Shown here: positions 28,393-37,708 of the stretch, one piece after another
Layout of the letters: each line of letters opens with the position of its first letter
Position numbering within the stretch: the first letter of the stretch is position 1
NCBI GenBank assembly: GCA_963422735.1
Contig: OY730476.1
Coordinates: forward strand, 832,001-896,000
Direction of reading: 5' to 3'
Source of the DNA: Candidatus Latescibacterota bacterium
Lineage (GTDB): Bacteria > Latescibacterota > UBA2968 > UBA8231
DNA: 64,000 bases
Made by a program: the position numbers and the translations under genes
Notes under the pieces: model-generated
Told to the model about the DNA's origin: nothing
The model's database searches: none
The model's input: the letters and a program-made list of their open reading frames with translations, nothing else

Positions 28393-31300
28393 TTAAAAGA
28401 CCAGACGTCCACGCAACAGGAGGCCGTGCTCAGCGATACCGGCCATGCGCTGCCAGCGTGTACTCTCAAGGCTCACTGACATCGACGAATCCACCTCAAA
28501 GCGCGTACCTAAGCGTAATTGCATTCGCTCAGGCGCTTGGGTCATTCCGCTGTACACAGTGTACACTCCCCGCCCGCCGGGCGCGGCTAGACCGTAGCCG
28601 ACCTCAGCTCTGAGCTGGCCTTGCGTGTTCACATTAGCCTGATCCGCCAACTCGGCTACGCTGCGCTCCCAAAGCGTCAGGCTGTTCGCCTGCGTACCGT
28701 AGGTCGGCATCAGCCGCAACGACAACCCCCGACCACCGGTGCCTGATGCACGCTGGATTAGCAGATGCGCCCCCCATTCTTTGTAGTCGCCGTCACCTGG
28801 GGGAGCAACCAGACTCCGCGCCATAGCTTCCAGCGTGAAGCCCCCCCCCTCAAAGCGCAGGCCACCGCCAACTTCTACGCCGGCCCCGGTCTGTCCGTCG
28901 CCACCATCTTGGCGCAGAGCGACCTCTAGCTGGGGTGTCATCTGCCCATCCATACCCACTTCATAAGCATGCGAGCCTTTGAGTGCCAGCCTCAAGCGGT
29001 TAGCACTCACCGTTTGATCGGCAATCCGGTCTCCAGCCTCGACTTCGACTTGTGCCACTGTAGCTGCACCCTTGAGACGCAACTGAGTCGGCCCGCTGTC
29101 GAGCAAGTCTCCGCTAGCCCCTACACTTGCAGTCCGCAGCGACGTATCGCTCGACTGCTGGCCTACGGTTCCCTGTTCGTCGTCAATCTCGAGGTCGCCG
29201 CGCCCTAAGCCCGCCGTCAACCATACCCCCAACCGCCCCGGCGAGAATCCGACGTAAGGATGTAGGCTCAACATTTGGGTCGTATAAGTACCGTCGACTC
29301 GCTCTTGGCCGAGCAACGGGGCGGTATAATCAAACGACCCTTGAGCCCACGACAGCGCCAAACCGGTTAGCATATCATCACCTGGCCGAGCGTCCAAACC
29401 AAGCTGAGCACGAGTCAGGTTGCCGTCCCAATCCAGCGAACCGTCGTCACTAGATAACTTGCCGTAGTCTCCCCGACCCCAAAATGCAGGACTCCCGGGA
29501 CAAACACTACATCCTCTACCGAAACCGAACGGCACCGCAAAGGACGAGCCACCTGCGACCTGTGCTAGACTGACCGGGCTATTCTCAAATATCCGGCCGG
29601 ATTGAATCATGTCGTAGAGGGTGGACTCAGCAGCAAAGCGAAAAGAACCACTCTCATTGCCGCCTCTGACCACCTGTTCAAGGCGATTCTCGATTGCGCG
29701 ATTCGTTCCATCGGCAATAGCCAACGCATACTTGGACAAGATCTGTGCGTTGAGCTCCTCAAAACGGTCCGTGGCCGATTCTTCCACTCGGACCTCGAAG
29801 CTGAGGATAGCCGCGTCGCTATCGTCCCTATTATCGTCTTCGTCGTGAGCCGTATACGTCAACGTATACGTTCCAACCTCCGTCGGCGTGCCCGAAAGCG
29901 TCAGAGCCACGGCATCGAAGCTCAGACCCGGCACCTCCGGAGCCAGGCTATACGTCAACTCGCCGAACTCGACGTTGCCGCCTGAAGCCTTTGGCAACGA
30001 CAAGTCTTCAATCGCCTCGCCTTCTATGTACGTCTGGTTAGCCACGGTCCCGTTAAAGCTGGGTGCGCCATCTATAGTTATGTAAAATCTCAACTCAGCC
30101 GAATCGCCATCGACATCCGCCACCCGGTAGCTCAGATGATACGTCCCAGTGTCAGTCGGCGTACCCGAAAGCGTCCGCGACGCGGCGTCGAAGCTCAGAC
30201 CCGGTACATTCGGAGACAAGCTATAGGTCAACTCGCCATTGCCGCCCGAAGCCACAGGCAATTCCCACGGATCCATCTCCTCATTTTGACGAAAGATTCG
30301 ATCCTCAAGGGTCGTGTCAAAGGCAGGTGTACCGTCGACTTTCAGGGAGAAGGTCACCTCCGCCGAATCGCCATCGCTATCCTCCGCCTGGTAGGTCAAC
30401 TCATACGTATCGGCTGTGGTTGGCGTACCCGAAAGCGTCCGAGTCTCGGCATCAAATACCAAACCCGGCACCTCCGGCGACAGGCTATACGTCAGCTCAC
30501 CGTTGCCGCCCAAAGTCGCAGGCAACTCCAACGGGGCCATCTCCTCCCCTTCAGCAACGGTCTGATTCGTAATAGTTCCCGCGAAGCTGGGCATACCATT
30601 CACCGCAATCGCGAAGCTCAACTCAGCCGAATCGCCATCGGCATCCGCCACTCGATACGTCAACGCATACCCCTCGGCAGCATACAAGTCATGAAGCGGC
30701 GGCGTACCCGAAATCGTCTGAGACGCGGGATCAAACGCCAGACCCGGAGGCAACCCCCCGACCAAGCTATACGTCAACCCCACATTCCCACCTGTCGCCA
30801 CCGGCAAAGCTAAGCTCACCTCATCGCCCGCCGCGTACATCTGGTCTTCTACAACCTGATCGCCGAAACTGGGCATGCCAGCCACCGCAATCGCGAAGCT
30901 CAACTCAGCCGAATCGCCATCCACATCCGCCACTCGATATGTCAACGCATATCCTTCGGCATACAACACATCCGCCGACAGATCTCCCGAAATCGTCCGA
31001 GATGAAGAATCAAACGTCAGACCCGGAGGCAACCCCCCGACCAAGCTATACGTCAACCCCACATTCCCACCTGTCGCCACCGGCAAAGCTAAGCTCACCT
31101 CATCGCCCGCCGCGTACATCTGGTCTTCTACAACCTGATCGCCGAAACTGGGCATGCCAGCCACCGCAATCGCGAAGCTCAACTCAGCCGAATCGCCATC
31201 CACATCCGCCACTCGATATGTCAACGCATATCCTTCGGCATACAACACATCCGCCGACAGATCTCCCGAAATCGTCCGAGATGAAGAATCAAACGTCAGA

Positions 31301-34300
31301 CCCGGAGGCAACCCCCCGACCAAGCTATACGTCAACGCCCCGTTACCTCCCGAAGCCGAGGGCAACACCCAATCTTCTATCGACGCCCCCCCAGAAAAAG
31401 TGACTTGATTCGCCACGGTTCCCGCGAAGCTGGGCATACCATTCACCGCAATCGCGAAGCTCAACTCAGCCGAATCGCCATCGGCATCCGCCACTCGATA
31501 CGTCAACGCATACCCCTCGGCAGCATACAAGTCATGAAGCGACGGCGTACCCGAAATCGTCTGAGACGCGGGATCAAACGCCAGACCCGGAGGCAACCCC
31601 CCGACCAAGCTATACGTCAACCCCACATTCCCACCTGTCGCCACCGGCAAAGCTAAGCTCACCTCATCGCCCGCCGCGTACATCTGGTCTTCTACAACCT
31701 GATCGCCGAAACTGGGCATGCCAGCCACCGCAATCGCGAAGCTCAACTCAGCCGAATCGCCATCCACATCCGCCACTCGATATGTCAACGCATATCCTTC
31801 GGCATACAACACATCCGCCGACAGATCTCCCGAAATCGTCCGAGATGAAGAATCAAACGTCAGACCCGGAGGCAACCCCCCGACCAAGCTATACGTCAAC
31901 CCCACATTCCCACCTGTCGCCACCGGCAAAGCTAAGCTCACCTCATCGCCCGCCGCGTACATCTGGTCTTCTACAACCTGATCGCCGAAACTGGGCATGC
32001 CAGCCACCGCAATCGCGAAGCTCAACTCAGCCGAATCGCCATCCACATCCGCCACTCGATATGTCAACGCATATCCTTCGGCATACAACACATCCGCCGA
32101 CAGATCTCCCGAAATCGTCCGAGATGAAGAATCAAACGTCAGACCCGGAGGCAACCCCCCGACCAAGCTATACGTCAACGCCCCGTTACCTCCCGAAGCC
32201 GAGGGCAACACCCAATCTTCTATCGACGCCCCCCCAGAAAAAGTGACTTGATTCGCCACAGTTCCCGCGAAGCGCGGGGGACCATCCACTTTCACAGAAA
32301 AGCTCAACTCAGCCGAATCGCCATCGATATCCTCCACTCGGTACGTCAACGCATACGTCCCCGCTACACTCGGTGTGCCAAAAAGCGCACGCCCCCCTGC
32401 GACTACGCGCAGACCTGGAATCTCCGGCGACAAGCTATACCTCAACTCACCATTGCCACCCGAAGCCAAGGGCAACGCAAAAACCCCTATCGACTCCCCT
32501 TCAGCGAAGACTTGATCTCTAACGGGCTCATCAAAGCGCGGGGGACCATCCACGGTGACAGAAAAGCTCAACTCGTCGATATCGCCATCGGCATCCTCCA
32601 CCCGGTACGTCAACTCATACGTCCCCGCTACACTCGGCGTACCAAAAAGCGCACGCCCCCCTGCGACTACGCGCAGACCTGGAATCTCCGGCGACAAGCT
32701 ATACCTCAACTCGCCGTTGCCGCCGAAAGCCAAGGGCAATGAAAAAACCCCTATCGACTCCCCTTCAGCGAAGACTTGATCTCTAACGGGCTCATCAAAG
32801 CGCGGGGGACCATCCACGGTGACAGAAAAGCTCAACTCGTCGATATCGCCATCGATATCCTCCACCCGGTACGTCAACTCATACGTCCCCGCTTCTGAGG
32901 GTATGCCCGAAAGCTTAGGAGAATCCGTATCACAAGCCAGACCCGGCACTCCCGGCGACAAGCTATACGTTAATAGGCCGTTGCCTCCCGAAGCGATAGG
33001 CAATTCCAACGGATCAATCGCCTCGCCTTCCATGTATAGCTGGTCGGCCAGGGTCGCATCTCCGAAGCTGGGCGTACCATCTACTTTCACGGAAAAACTC
33101 AACTCGTCAATATCGCCGTCGACATCCGCTACTTGGTAGGTCAGTTCATACGTCGCAGCTACTGTCGGCGTACCCGAAAGCGTACGAGACGCGGCGTCGA
33201 AGATCAGACCCGGCACCTCCGGAGACAAGCTATACGTCAACTCGTCGTTGCCGCCGAAAGCCAAGGGCAATTCCAACGGATCAATCGCCTCGCTTTCTAT
33301 ATATACTTGATCGTCTACGGTCGCTCCCTCAAAGCTGGGCGTACCATCCACTTTCAGGAAAAAGCTCTGCTCAGCGGCATCACCGTCGGAGTCTTCTGCC
33401 CGGTAGGTCAACTCATACGTCGCAGCTACTGTCGGCGTACCCGAAAGCGTCTGAATCTCTGCATCAAACGTCAGACCTAGCACCTCCGGAGACAAGCTAT
33501 ACGTCAACTCGTCTGTAGACCAAGCCGCTGGCAACACCCAAGGCTCTATCTCCTCTCCTTCGGGAACGACTTGTAGACTCGCAACAGTCCCCGCGAAGGT
33601 CAGCTCTACAGAGATAGTAAAGGTCAATGTCTCCGCGTCGCTCTCAGCCATATTCGTATCGGAATCCTCTACCCGGTACGTCAGATCATATGTCCCTGCT
33701 ATTGTTGGCGTACCCGAAAGCGTACGAGACCCAGCATCGAAAGCCAAACCTGGCACCTCCGGAGACAAGCTATACGTCAGCGGGCCATCGCCGCTCGAAG
33801 CCACGGGCAATTCCAGAACTCCTATCGCCTCGCCTGTCCGGTACGACTGATCGGCAACTGTCGCACCGTCAAAGCTCGGCATCGTATCGACCTCTATCTT
33901 AAATGTCAAGGTGGCCGTATCGCCATCGGCATCCGTCACTTCGTAGGTCATCAAGAAAATGGCAATTTCCGAAGGCGTGCCCGAAAGCGTACGAGACCCA
34001 GCATCGAAAGCCAAACCCGGAGGCAAAGGCCTCAAATTATACGTCAAATCGCCGTTACCACCCGAGGCCGCAGGCAACTCTAAGGCTTCTATCGCCACCC
34101 CTGCCGAGTACATCTGATCGGCAACCGTCGCACCGTCAAAACTCGGCTCTACATCTTCCTCTTCCACTAAAATATTGAATGTCAAGGTGGCCGTATCGCC
34201 ATCGGCATCCGTCACTTCGTAAGTCATCAAGAAAATGGCAATTTCCGAAGGCGTGCCCGAAAGCGTACGAGACCCAGCATCGAAAGCCAAACCCGGAGGC

Positions 34301-34656
34301 AAAGGCCTCAAATTATACGTCAAATCGCCGGCACCACCCGAGGCCGCAGGCAACTCTAAGGCTTCTATCGCCACCCCTACCGAGTACATCTGATCGGCAA
34401 CCGTCGCACCATCAAGGTCCGGTGTATCCTGCGCCTCAGCCACCGGGACCAACACCAAGGCGGCCGCCAGCAAGAACATACTTAGGCAAGACAGCGATCT
34501 ATCCCAAACAAATCTGTTACTAACTGCACACCCGCTCATAACTGACCCTCCAAATAGAGATTTAAGTTTTAAGTAGCGCAACTTTGTGCGCGCTATAACG
34601 CCGCCGCCGCCTCGCCGCTCTAAGGCCGCAACCACCTCAATCACCACCGCGCTCAT
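28393..34656 (-). CDS. Large autotransporter adhesin with 17 putative Ig (He_PIG/cadherin-like) repeats and a C-terminal beta-barrel
   Basis: Signal peptide ending AEA-Q; 17 repeats of LP.A.GG...LTYSL...PGL.FD...TLSGTP...LTY.V.D.DGD; autotransporter-like barrel (WGRG, LRQDGGDGQTGAGVEVGGGL) ending in Phe. Alternative start ATG 34539. Confidence 0.9.
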   Translation of the reverse strand: MSAVVIEVVAALERRGGGGVIARTKLRYLKLKSLFGGSVMSGCAVSNRFVWDRSLSCLSMFLLAAALVLVPVAEAQDTPDLDGATVADQMYSVGVAIEALELPAASGGAGDLTYNLRPLPPGLAFDAGSRTLSGTPSEIAIFLMTYEVTDADGDTATLTFNILVEEEDVEPSFDGATVADQMYSAGVAIEALELPAASGGNGDLTYNLRPLPPGLAFDAGSRTLSGTPSEIAIFLMTYEVTDADGDTATLTFKIEVDTMPSFDGATVADQSYRTGEAIGVLELPVASSGDGPLTYSLSPEVPGLAFDAGSRTLSGTPTIAGTYDLTYRVEDSDTNMAESDAETLTFTISVELTFAGTVASLQVVPEGEEIEPWVLPAAWSTDELTYSLSPEVLGLTFDAEIQTLSGTPTVAATYELTYRAEDSDGDAAEQSFFLKVDGTPSFEGATVDDQVYIESEAIDPLELPLAFGGNDELTYSLSPEVPGLIFDAASRTLSGTPTVAATYELTYQVADVDGDIDELSFSVKVDGTPSFGDATLADQLYMEGEAIDPLELPIASGGNGLLTYSLSPGVPGLACDTDSPKLSGIPSEAGTYELTYRVEDIDGDIDELSFSVTVDGPPRFDEPVRDQVFAEGESIGVFSLPLAFGGNGELRYSLSPEIPGLRVVAGGRALFGTPSVAGTYELTYRVEDADGDIDELSFSVTVDGPPRFDEPVRDQVFAEGESIGVFALPLASGGNGELRYSLSPEIPGLRVVAGGRALFGTPSVAGTYALTYRVEDIDGDSAELSFSVKVDGPPRFAGTVANQVTFSGGASIEDWVLPSASGGNGALTYSLVGGLPPGLTFDSSSRTISGDLSADVLYAEGYALTYRVADVDGDSAELSFAIAVAGMPSFGDQVVEDQMYAAGDEVSLALPVATGGNVGLTYSLVGGLPPGLTFDSSSRTISGDLSADVLYAEGYALTYRVADVDGDSAELSFAIAVAGMPSFGDQVVEDQMYAAGDEVSLALPVATGGNVGLTYSLVGGLPPGLAFDPASQTISGTPSLHDLYAAEGYALTYRVADADGDSAELSFAIAVNGMPSFAGTVANQVTFSGGASIEDWVLPSASGGNGALTYSLVGGLPPGLTFDSSSRTISGDLSADVLYAEGYALTYRVADVDGDSAELSFAIAVAGMPSFGDQVVEDQMYAAGDEVSLALPVATGGNVGLTYSLVGGLPPGLTFDSSSRTISGDLSADVLYAEGYALTYRVADVDGDSAELSFAIAVAGMPSFGDQVVEDQMYAAGDEVSLALPVATGGNVGLTYSLVGGLPPGLAFDPASQTISGTPPLHDLYAAEGYALTYRVADADGDSAELSFAIAVNGMPSFAGTITNQTVAEGEEMAPLELPATLGGNGELTYSLSPEVPGLVFDAETRTLSGTPTTADTYELTYQAEDSDGDSAEVTFSLKVDGTPAFDTTLEDRIFRQNEEMDPWELPVASGGNGELTYSLSPNVPGLSFDAASRTLSGTPTDTGTYHLSYRVADVDGDSAELRFYITIDGAPSFNGTVANQTYIEGEAIEDLSLPKASGGNVEFGELTYSLAPEVPGLSFDAVALTLSGTPTEVGTYTLTYTAHDEDDNRDDSDAAILSFEVRVEESATDRFEELNAQILSKYALAIADGTNRAIENRLEQVVRGGNESGSFRFAAESTLYDMIQSGRIFENSPVSLAQVAGGSSFAVPFGFGRGCSVCPGSPAFWGRGDYGKLSSDDGSLDWDGNLTRAQLGLDARPGDDMLTGLALSWAQGSFDYTAPLLGQERVDGTYTTQMLSLHPYVGFSPGRLGVWLTAGLGRGDLEIDDEQGTVGQQSSDTSLRTASVGASGDLLDSGPTQLRLKGAATVAQVEVEAGDRIADQTVSANRLRLALKGSHAYEVGMDGQMTPQLEVALRQDGGDGQTGAGVEVGGGLRFEGGGFTLEAMARSLVAPPGDGDYKEWGAHLLIQRASGTGGRGLSLRLMPTYGTQANSLTLWERSVAELADQANVNTQGQLRAEVGYGLAAPGGRGVYTVYSGMTQAPERMQLRLGTRFEVDSSMSVSLESTRWQRMAGIAEHGLLLRGRLVF
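30575..32260. repeat. Tandem 843-bp near-identical duplication (3 Ig domains per unit) with nested ~279-bp repeats
   Basis: GTTCCCGCGAAG recurs at 30575, 31418 and 32261; identical shadow ORFs are offset by 843 and 279 nt. Confidence 0.92.
32271..32890. repeat. 264-bp tandem Ig-domain duplication
   Basis: AGCGCGGGGGACCATCCAC at 32271, 32535 and 32799. Confidence 0.85.
33902..34411. repeat. 276-bp tandem Ig-domain duplication
   Basis: AATGTCAAGGTGGCCG at 33902 and 34178 with near-identical downstream sequence. Confidence 0.85.
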
Positions 34657-34825
34657 GAGTACTCCTCTCCCTTAGCGATCCTTAACAACAATAGCTTAAC
34701 TGAAGAGCATGTAGAGAAGCCTGAGATCATTTTACGTACTCAATACAAAATACGCATCTAATACCCAAGATGCAAGAGCATAGTTTCTAAACTCCATGGC
34801 CTATCAGCACCTAGCGACAAAAAGG

Positions 34826-35299
34826 TCAAGGCCGTGCAAAAAGAGGAATATCATGGCGCAACTCGGCTTCCAACTTGCAGTGGCAAGATGGGCAAACCGA
34901 AATCAGATGTTCCAGCTTATTGGCTCCCACATTGGAAGAGAAACTGCGATAGGGAATTTTGTGATGTACGTCGAGCTGGCGCCCCAGTTCTTCTTCGCTG
35001 ATCCCGCATATCTGGCAGATGAAGCCGTCGCGCGTCCGCGCCTTTAGCGCTTGAAGCACCCAATTGGCACCCCGCCGCTTGGAAATCGCCCCCAAGCAAA
35101 CCTCTAATGAGGGCATGGCCTCTGTCCAAGCCCGCCGGCAGGACGCATCACAAAAATGCAGTTGCGCTTGGCCCGCATACCAAGCCGGCACCTCAATCTC
35201 TAGCCGACAATATGCACAATGCGTAGCGATCCGCTCATTTTCGCCAGCAGGGCACCGATCGCCAAAATCAAACCCCATCTGATCACTAGAAGAAGACAT
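34826..35299 (-). CDS. HNH endonuclease with N-terminal Cys-rich zinc finger
   Basis: CAYC...FC..SC; RDGFICQICG...LDVHHKIP...N..EHLISVCPSCH. Confidence 0.85.
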   Translation of the reverse strand: MSSSSDQMGFDFGDRCPAGENERIATHCAYCRLEIEVPAWYAGQAQLHFCDASCRRAWTEAMPSLEVCLGAISKRRGANWVLQALKARTRDGFICQICGISEEELGRQLDVHHKIPYRSFSSNVGANKLEHLISVCPSCHCKLEAELRHDIPLFARP

Positions 35300-35438
35300 G
35301 ATAAACCGCAGGGCTAATTTTATACGGGATTATGGTCTGGTCTGGTCTCATCACTCACCTCTTTTACTGGTCTTATCCCGACTTTTTGAACGAGGCACAT
35401 AATGAAAGTCGAGCTAAAGAGACCTCAGAAACCCCGCC

Positions 35439-35467
35439 TTGCCCCCTCTCCCCACTTCCTATATATT
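35439..35467 (+). promoter_or_regulatory. Putative promoter for rpsT
   Basis: TTGCCC-17 nt-TATATT. Confidence 0.45.
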
Positions 35468-35495
35468 TAGCAGCTTTAATTAAAGGAGCGCAAAA

Positions 35496-35750
35496 TTGCC
35501 CAAACTTAAAGCTGCCAAAAAGCACCAAGCCACTAGTGCCAAAGCCTATGTGCGCAACCGTGCGCTTCGCTCGCGAATGCGCACGGCCCTTAAAAGAGTC
35601 CGTCAAGCTCCGGATAAAGCCTCGGCCGAAACCGCTCTGCAAGCGGCGATCTCGATTGTCGACCGGACTACCAGCAAAGGCATTATCCACAAAAATGCCG
35701 CCGCCCGCTACAAGTCGCGATTGAGCCATCTCGTGCAGGAGATGGCCTAG
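35496..35750 (+). CDS. rpsT: 30S ribosomal protein S20
   Basis: RNRALRSRMRTALK...KGIIHKNAAARYKSRL; TTG start with AAGGAG RBS. Confidence 0.95.
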   Translation: MPKLKAAKKHQATSAKAYVRNRALRSRMRTALKRVRQAPDKASAETALQAAISIVDRTTSKGIIHKNAAARYKSRLSHLVQEMA

Positions 35751-35759
35751 TATTTGACC

Positions 35760-36677
35760 TCATTCAAAGGCACGAGTGCTCAAATAGCGCAATCCACTGT
35801 CGCAGAGGATCGTCGCGACTCGAGCACTCGCCCCCAACTCGCGAGCAACTTGGGCGGCGATATAGGCATTGGCTCCGGCTGAAATCCCCACCAAAAGCCC
35901 TTCCTCTCGCGCCAAGCGGCGGGCCATTTCATAAGCGTCGTCGTCGGTAATGACCCGCACCTCGTCCACAACCTCGAGGTTAAGGATCGACGGCACAAAA
36001 CCCGCGCCGATGCCCTCTATATAACTAAACCCAGCTCCCCCCCCTGAAAGCACGGGCGACCCGGCAGGTTCGACGGCGATCACCCGCACTGTGGACAAAG
36101 CTTCCTTGAGCACCTCGCCGACTCCGGTCAACGACCCCCCAGTACCTACACCAGCCACAAAGGCATCGACTCGGCCCTCTAGCTGTTCTAAAATCTCGCG
36201 GCCGGTCGTACGGCGGTGTATCTCAGGGTTAGCTGCGTTCATAAACTGCTGTGGCAAGAAGTAATCTGGATGCTCGCGCTTGAGTTCAAGCGCTTTATCG
36301 ATAGCACCCCGCATGCCCTCGGCCGCTGGCGTCAGTACGACCTCGGCACCGTAAGCCTGCATCTGTAAGCGGCGCTCACGGCTGGCCGTATCGAACATGG
36401 CGACGATGAGCTTGTAGCCTTTGTAGGCAGCCACCATGGCCAAGCCAATACCGGTATTGCCGCTAGTCGGCTCAATGATCGTACCGCCCTCGGACAGCAG
36501 ACCCTCATCTTCTGCGGCTTCGATCATCGCTAGAGCGATGCGGTCCTTGACACTGCCACCGGGATTGGTTGCCTCCAACTTGCCCCACACCTCGGCGGCA
36601 TCCTCTCCGACGACTCGACTGAGGCGGACCATAGGCGTAGCCCCGATTAACTCCAGCACATTGTGGGCACGTTTCAT
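35760..36677 (-). CDS. cysK: Cysteine synthase A
   Basis: NPGGSVKDR (PLP Lys), PTSGNTG, QQF.N.ANP..H, GVGTGG, IEGIGAGFVP, RYLS. Confidence 0.88.
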   Translation of the reverse strand: MKRAHNVLELIGATPMVRLSRVVGEDAAEVWGKLEATNPGGSVKDRIALAMIEAAEDEGLLSEGGTIIEPTSGNTGIGLAMVAAYKGYKLIVAMFDTASRERRLQMQAYGAEVVLTPAAEGMRGAIDKALELKREHPDYFLPQQFMNAANPEIHRRTTGREILEQLEGRVDAFVAGVGTGGSLTGVGEVLKEALSTVRVIAVEPAGSPVLSGGGAGFSYIEGIGAGFVPSILNLEVVDEVRVITDDDAYEMARRLAREEGLLVGISAGANAYIAAQVARELGASARVATILCDSGLRYLSTRAFE

Positions 36678-36692
36678 CCTGTACGGTAGTCC

Positions 36693-36971
36693 TCAACTGC
36701 CACCGGCAATGGCCGGAACGATAGAGACGCTGTCGCCGTCGTTGAGAGGTGTGTCCTTGCCGTCGAGGAAGCGGATATCCTCGTCGTTGACGAAGATATT
36801 GACGTAGCGGCGGATCTCGCCTCCATCGTCGAGCAGTTTCTCGGCCAAGCCCTCGTAGGCGCCTTCGAGCCCATCTACCAACTGACTAATAGTCTCCGCC
36901 TCCAGCGCGACCTCGGCCTGATTGTGGGTCAATTTCCTCAACGGCGTGGGAATGTGAACAGTAATCGGCAT
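36693..36971 (-). CDS. MoaD/ThiS family ubiquitin-like sulfur carrier (CysO-like), C-terminus GG-S
   Basis: IPTPLR...NIFVNDEDIRFL.G.DTPL..GD.VSIVPAIAGGS; GGAGG RBS. Confidence 0.9.
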   Translation of the reverse strand: MPITVHIPTPLRKLTHNQAEVALEAETISQLVDGLEGAYEGLAEKLLDDGGEIRRYVNIFVNDEDIRFLDGKDTPLNDGDSVSIVPAIAGGS

Positions 36972-37053
36972 TTCATCCTCCATTTTGGTTAATGTAGTTA
37001 AATATTTGCTGCCCTGCCGCCCGTATTTTATCGATTTTTAGGAAGAGGCTTTA

Positions 37054-37548
37054 CTAAACTATTTCAACACCCGTTTCGGCGTAGCGGTTGCCGTCCCAAG
37101 CAAAACATTTGTAGCCTTGCACTTTCCGCTGGCTGCCTATCTTCTCGCCGCATACTGAGAGCACCAGATAAATCGCGTCCGGATCGTCCGGATAGTCGCC
37201 CGCCTCTCGGGTGTTGAATATCCAAGTACGCCTCTCGTCTTCGTCCGAGAAATAGGCCGTGCAATCAATGTGAGAATGGTAGCAACCCGAGACCCGGCCA
37301 CCGGCCTTCTCAGCCGCCTCCGAGATGCTTAACTGCTCGCTTGCGTCAATCAGATAGGCCGTGCTTGCATCGCGAGGATAGTGCTGGGGATCTTCTTCGT
37401 GCCTCTGCTGCTGTACATTAGTACAGGCATGGGCATCGGACACCCCGCCCGGCACCTTCTCGATCAACAGACCGCAACACTCGTGTGGGTACTCGGCCAA
37501 GGCTTGGGCGCAAATTCGTTCAAAGTCCCTGCGGGCGATGCGCAGCAT
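37054..37548 (-). CDS. M67 family JAB/JAMM metallopeptidase (Mec-like)
   Basis: YPHECCGLL, YHSH...YFS.ED JAMM motif. Confidence 0.9.
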   Translation of the reverse strand: MLRIARRDFERICAQALAEYPHECCGLLIEKVPGGVSDAHACTNVQQQRHEEDPQHYPRDASTAYLIDASEQLSISEAAEKAGGRVSGCYHSHIDCTAYFSDEDERRTWIFNTREAGDYPDDPDAIYLVLSVCGEKIGSQRKVQGYKCFAWDGNRYAETGVEIV

Positions 37549-37567
37549 TCAGCCATCCTTTCGCTTA

Positions 37568-37708
37568 GAGGCTGTTGAGTTAAAACGAATATCGGGGAAA
37601 TTGAGCAATTTTGCGGAGTTTCAGCCCTCGGAAGACCTCCAAAATGGGGCTTATACGGCTGAAAACCAACCCTTCTCCGTAGATTATTCCGAATAACTCA
37701 ACAGCTTC
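37568..37708. mobile_element. 141-bp MITE-like element with 15-bp terminal inverted repeats
   Basis: Left end GAGGCTGTTGAGTTA, right end TAACTCAACAGCTTC (1 mismatch); flanked by TA on both sides (TTAG/CTAG context); no transposase. Confidence 0.75.

Noticed and set aside
30875-32251. Repeated identical plus-strand ORFs suggesting a cassette array
   Set aside because: They simply mirror the tandem duplications within the autotransporter CDS.
35325-35415. TGGTC x3 microrepeat and short inverted repeats between the HNH gene and rpsT
   Set aside because: Too short to distinguish from chance; no clear operator or RNA family.
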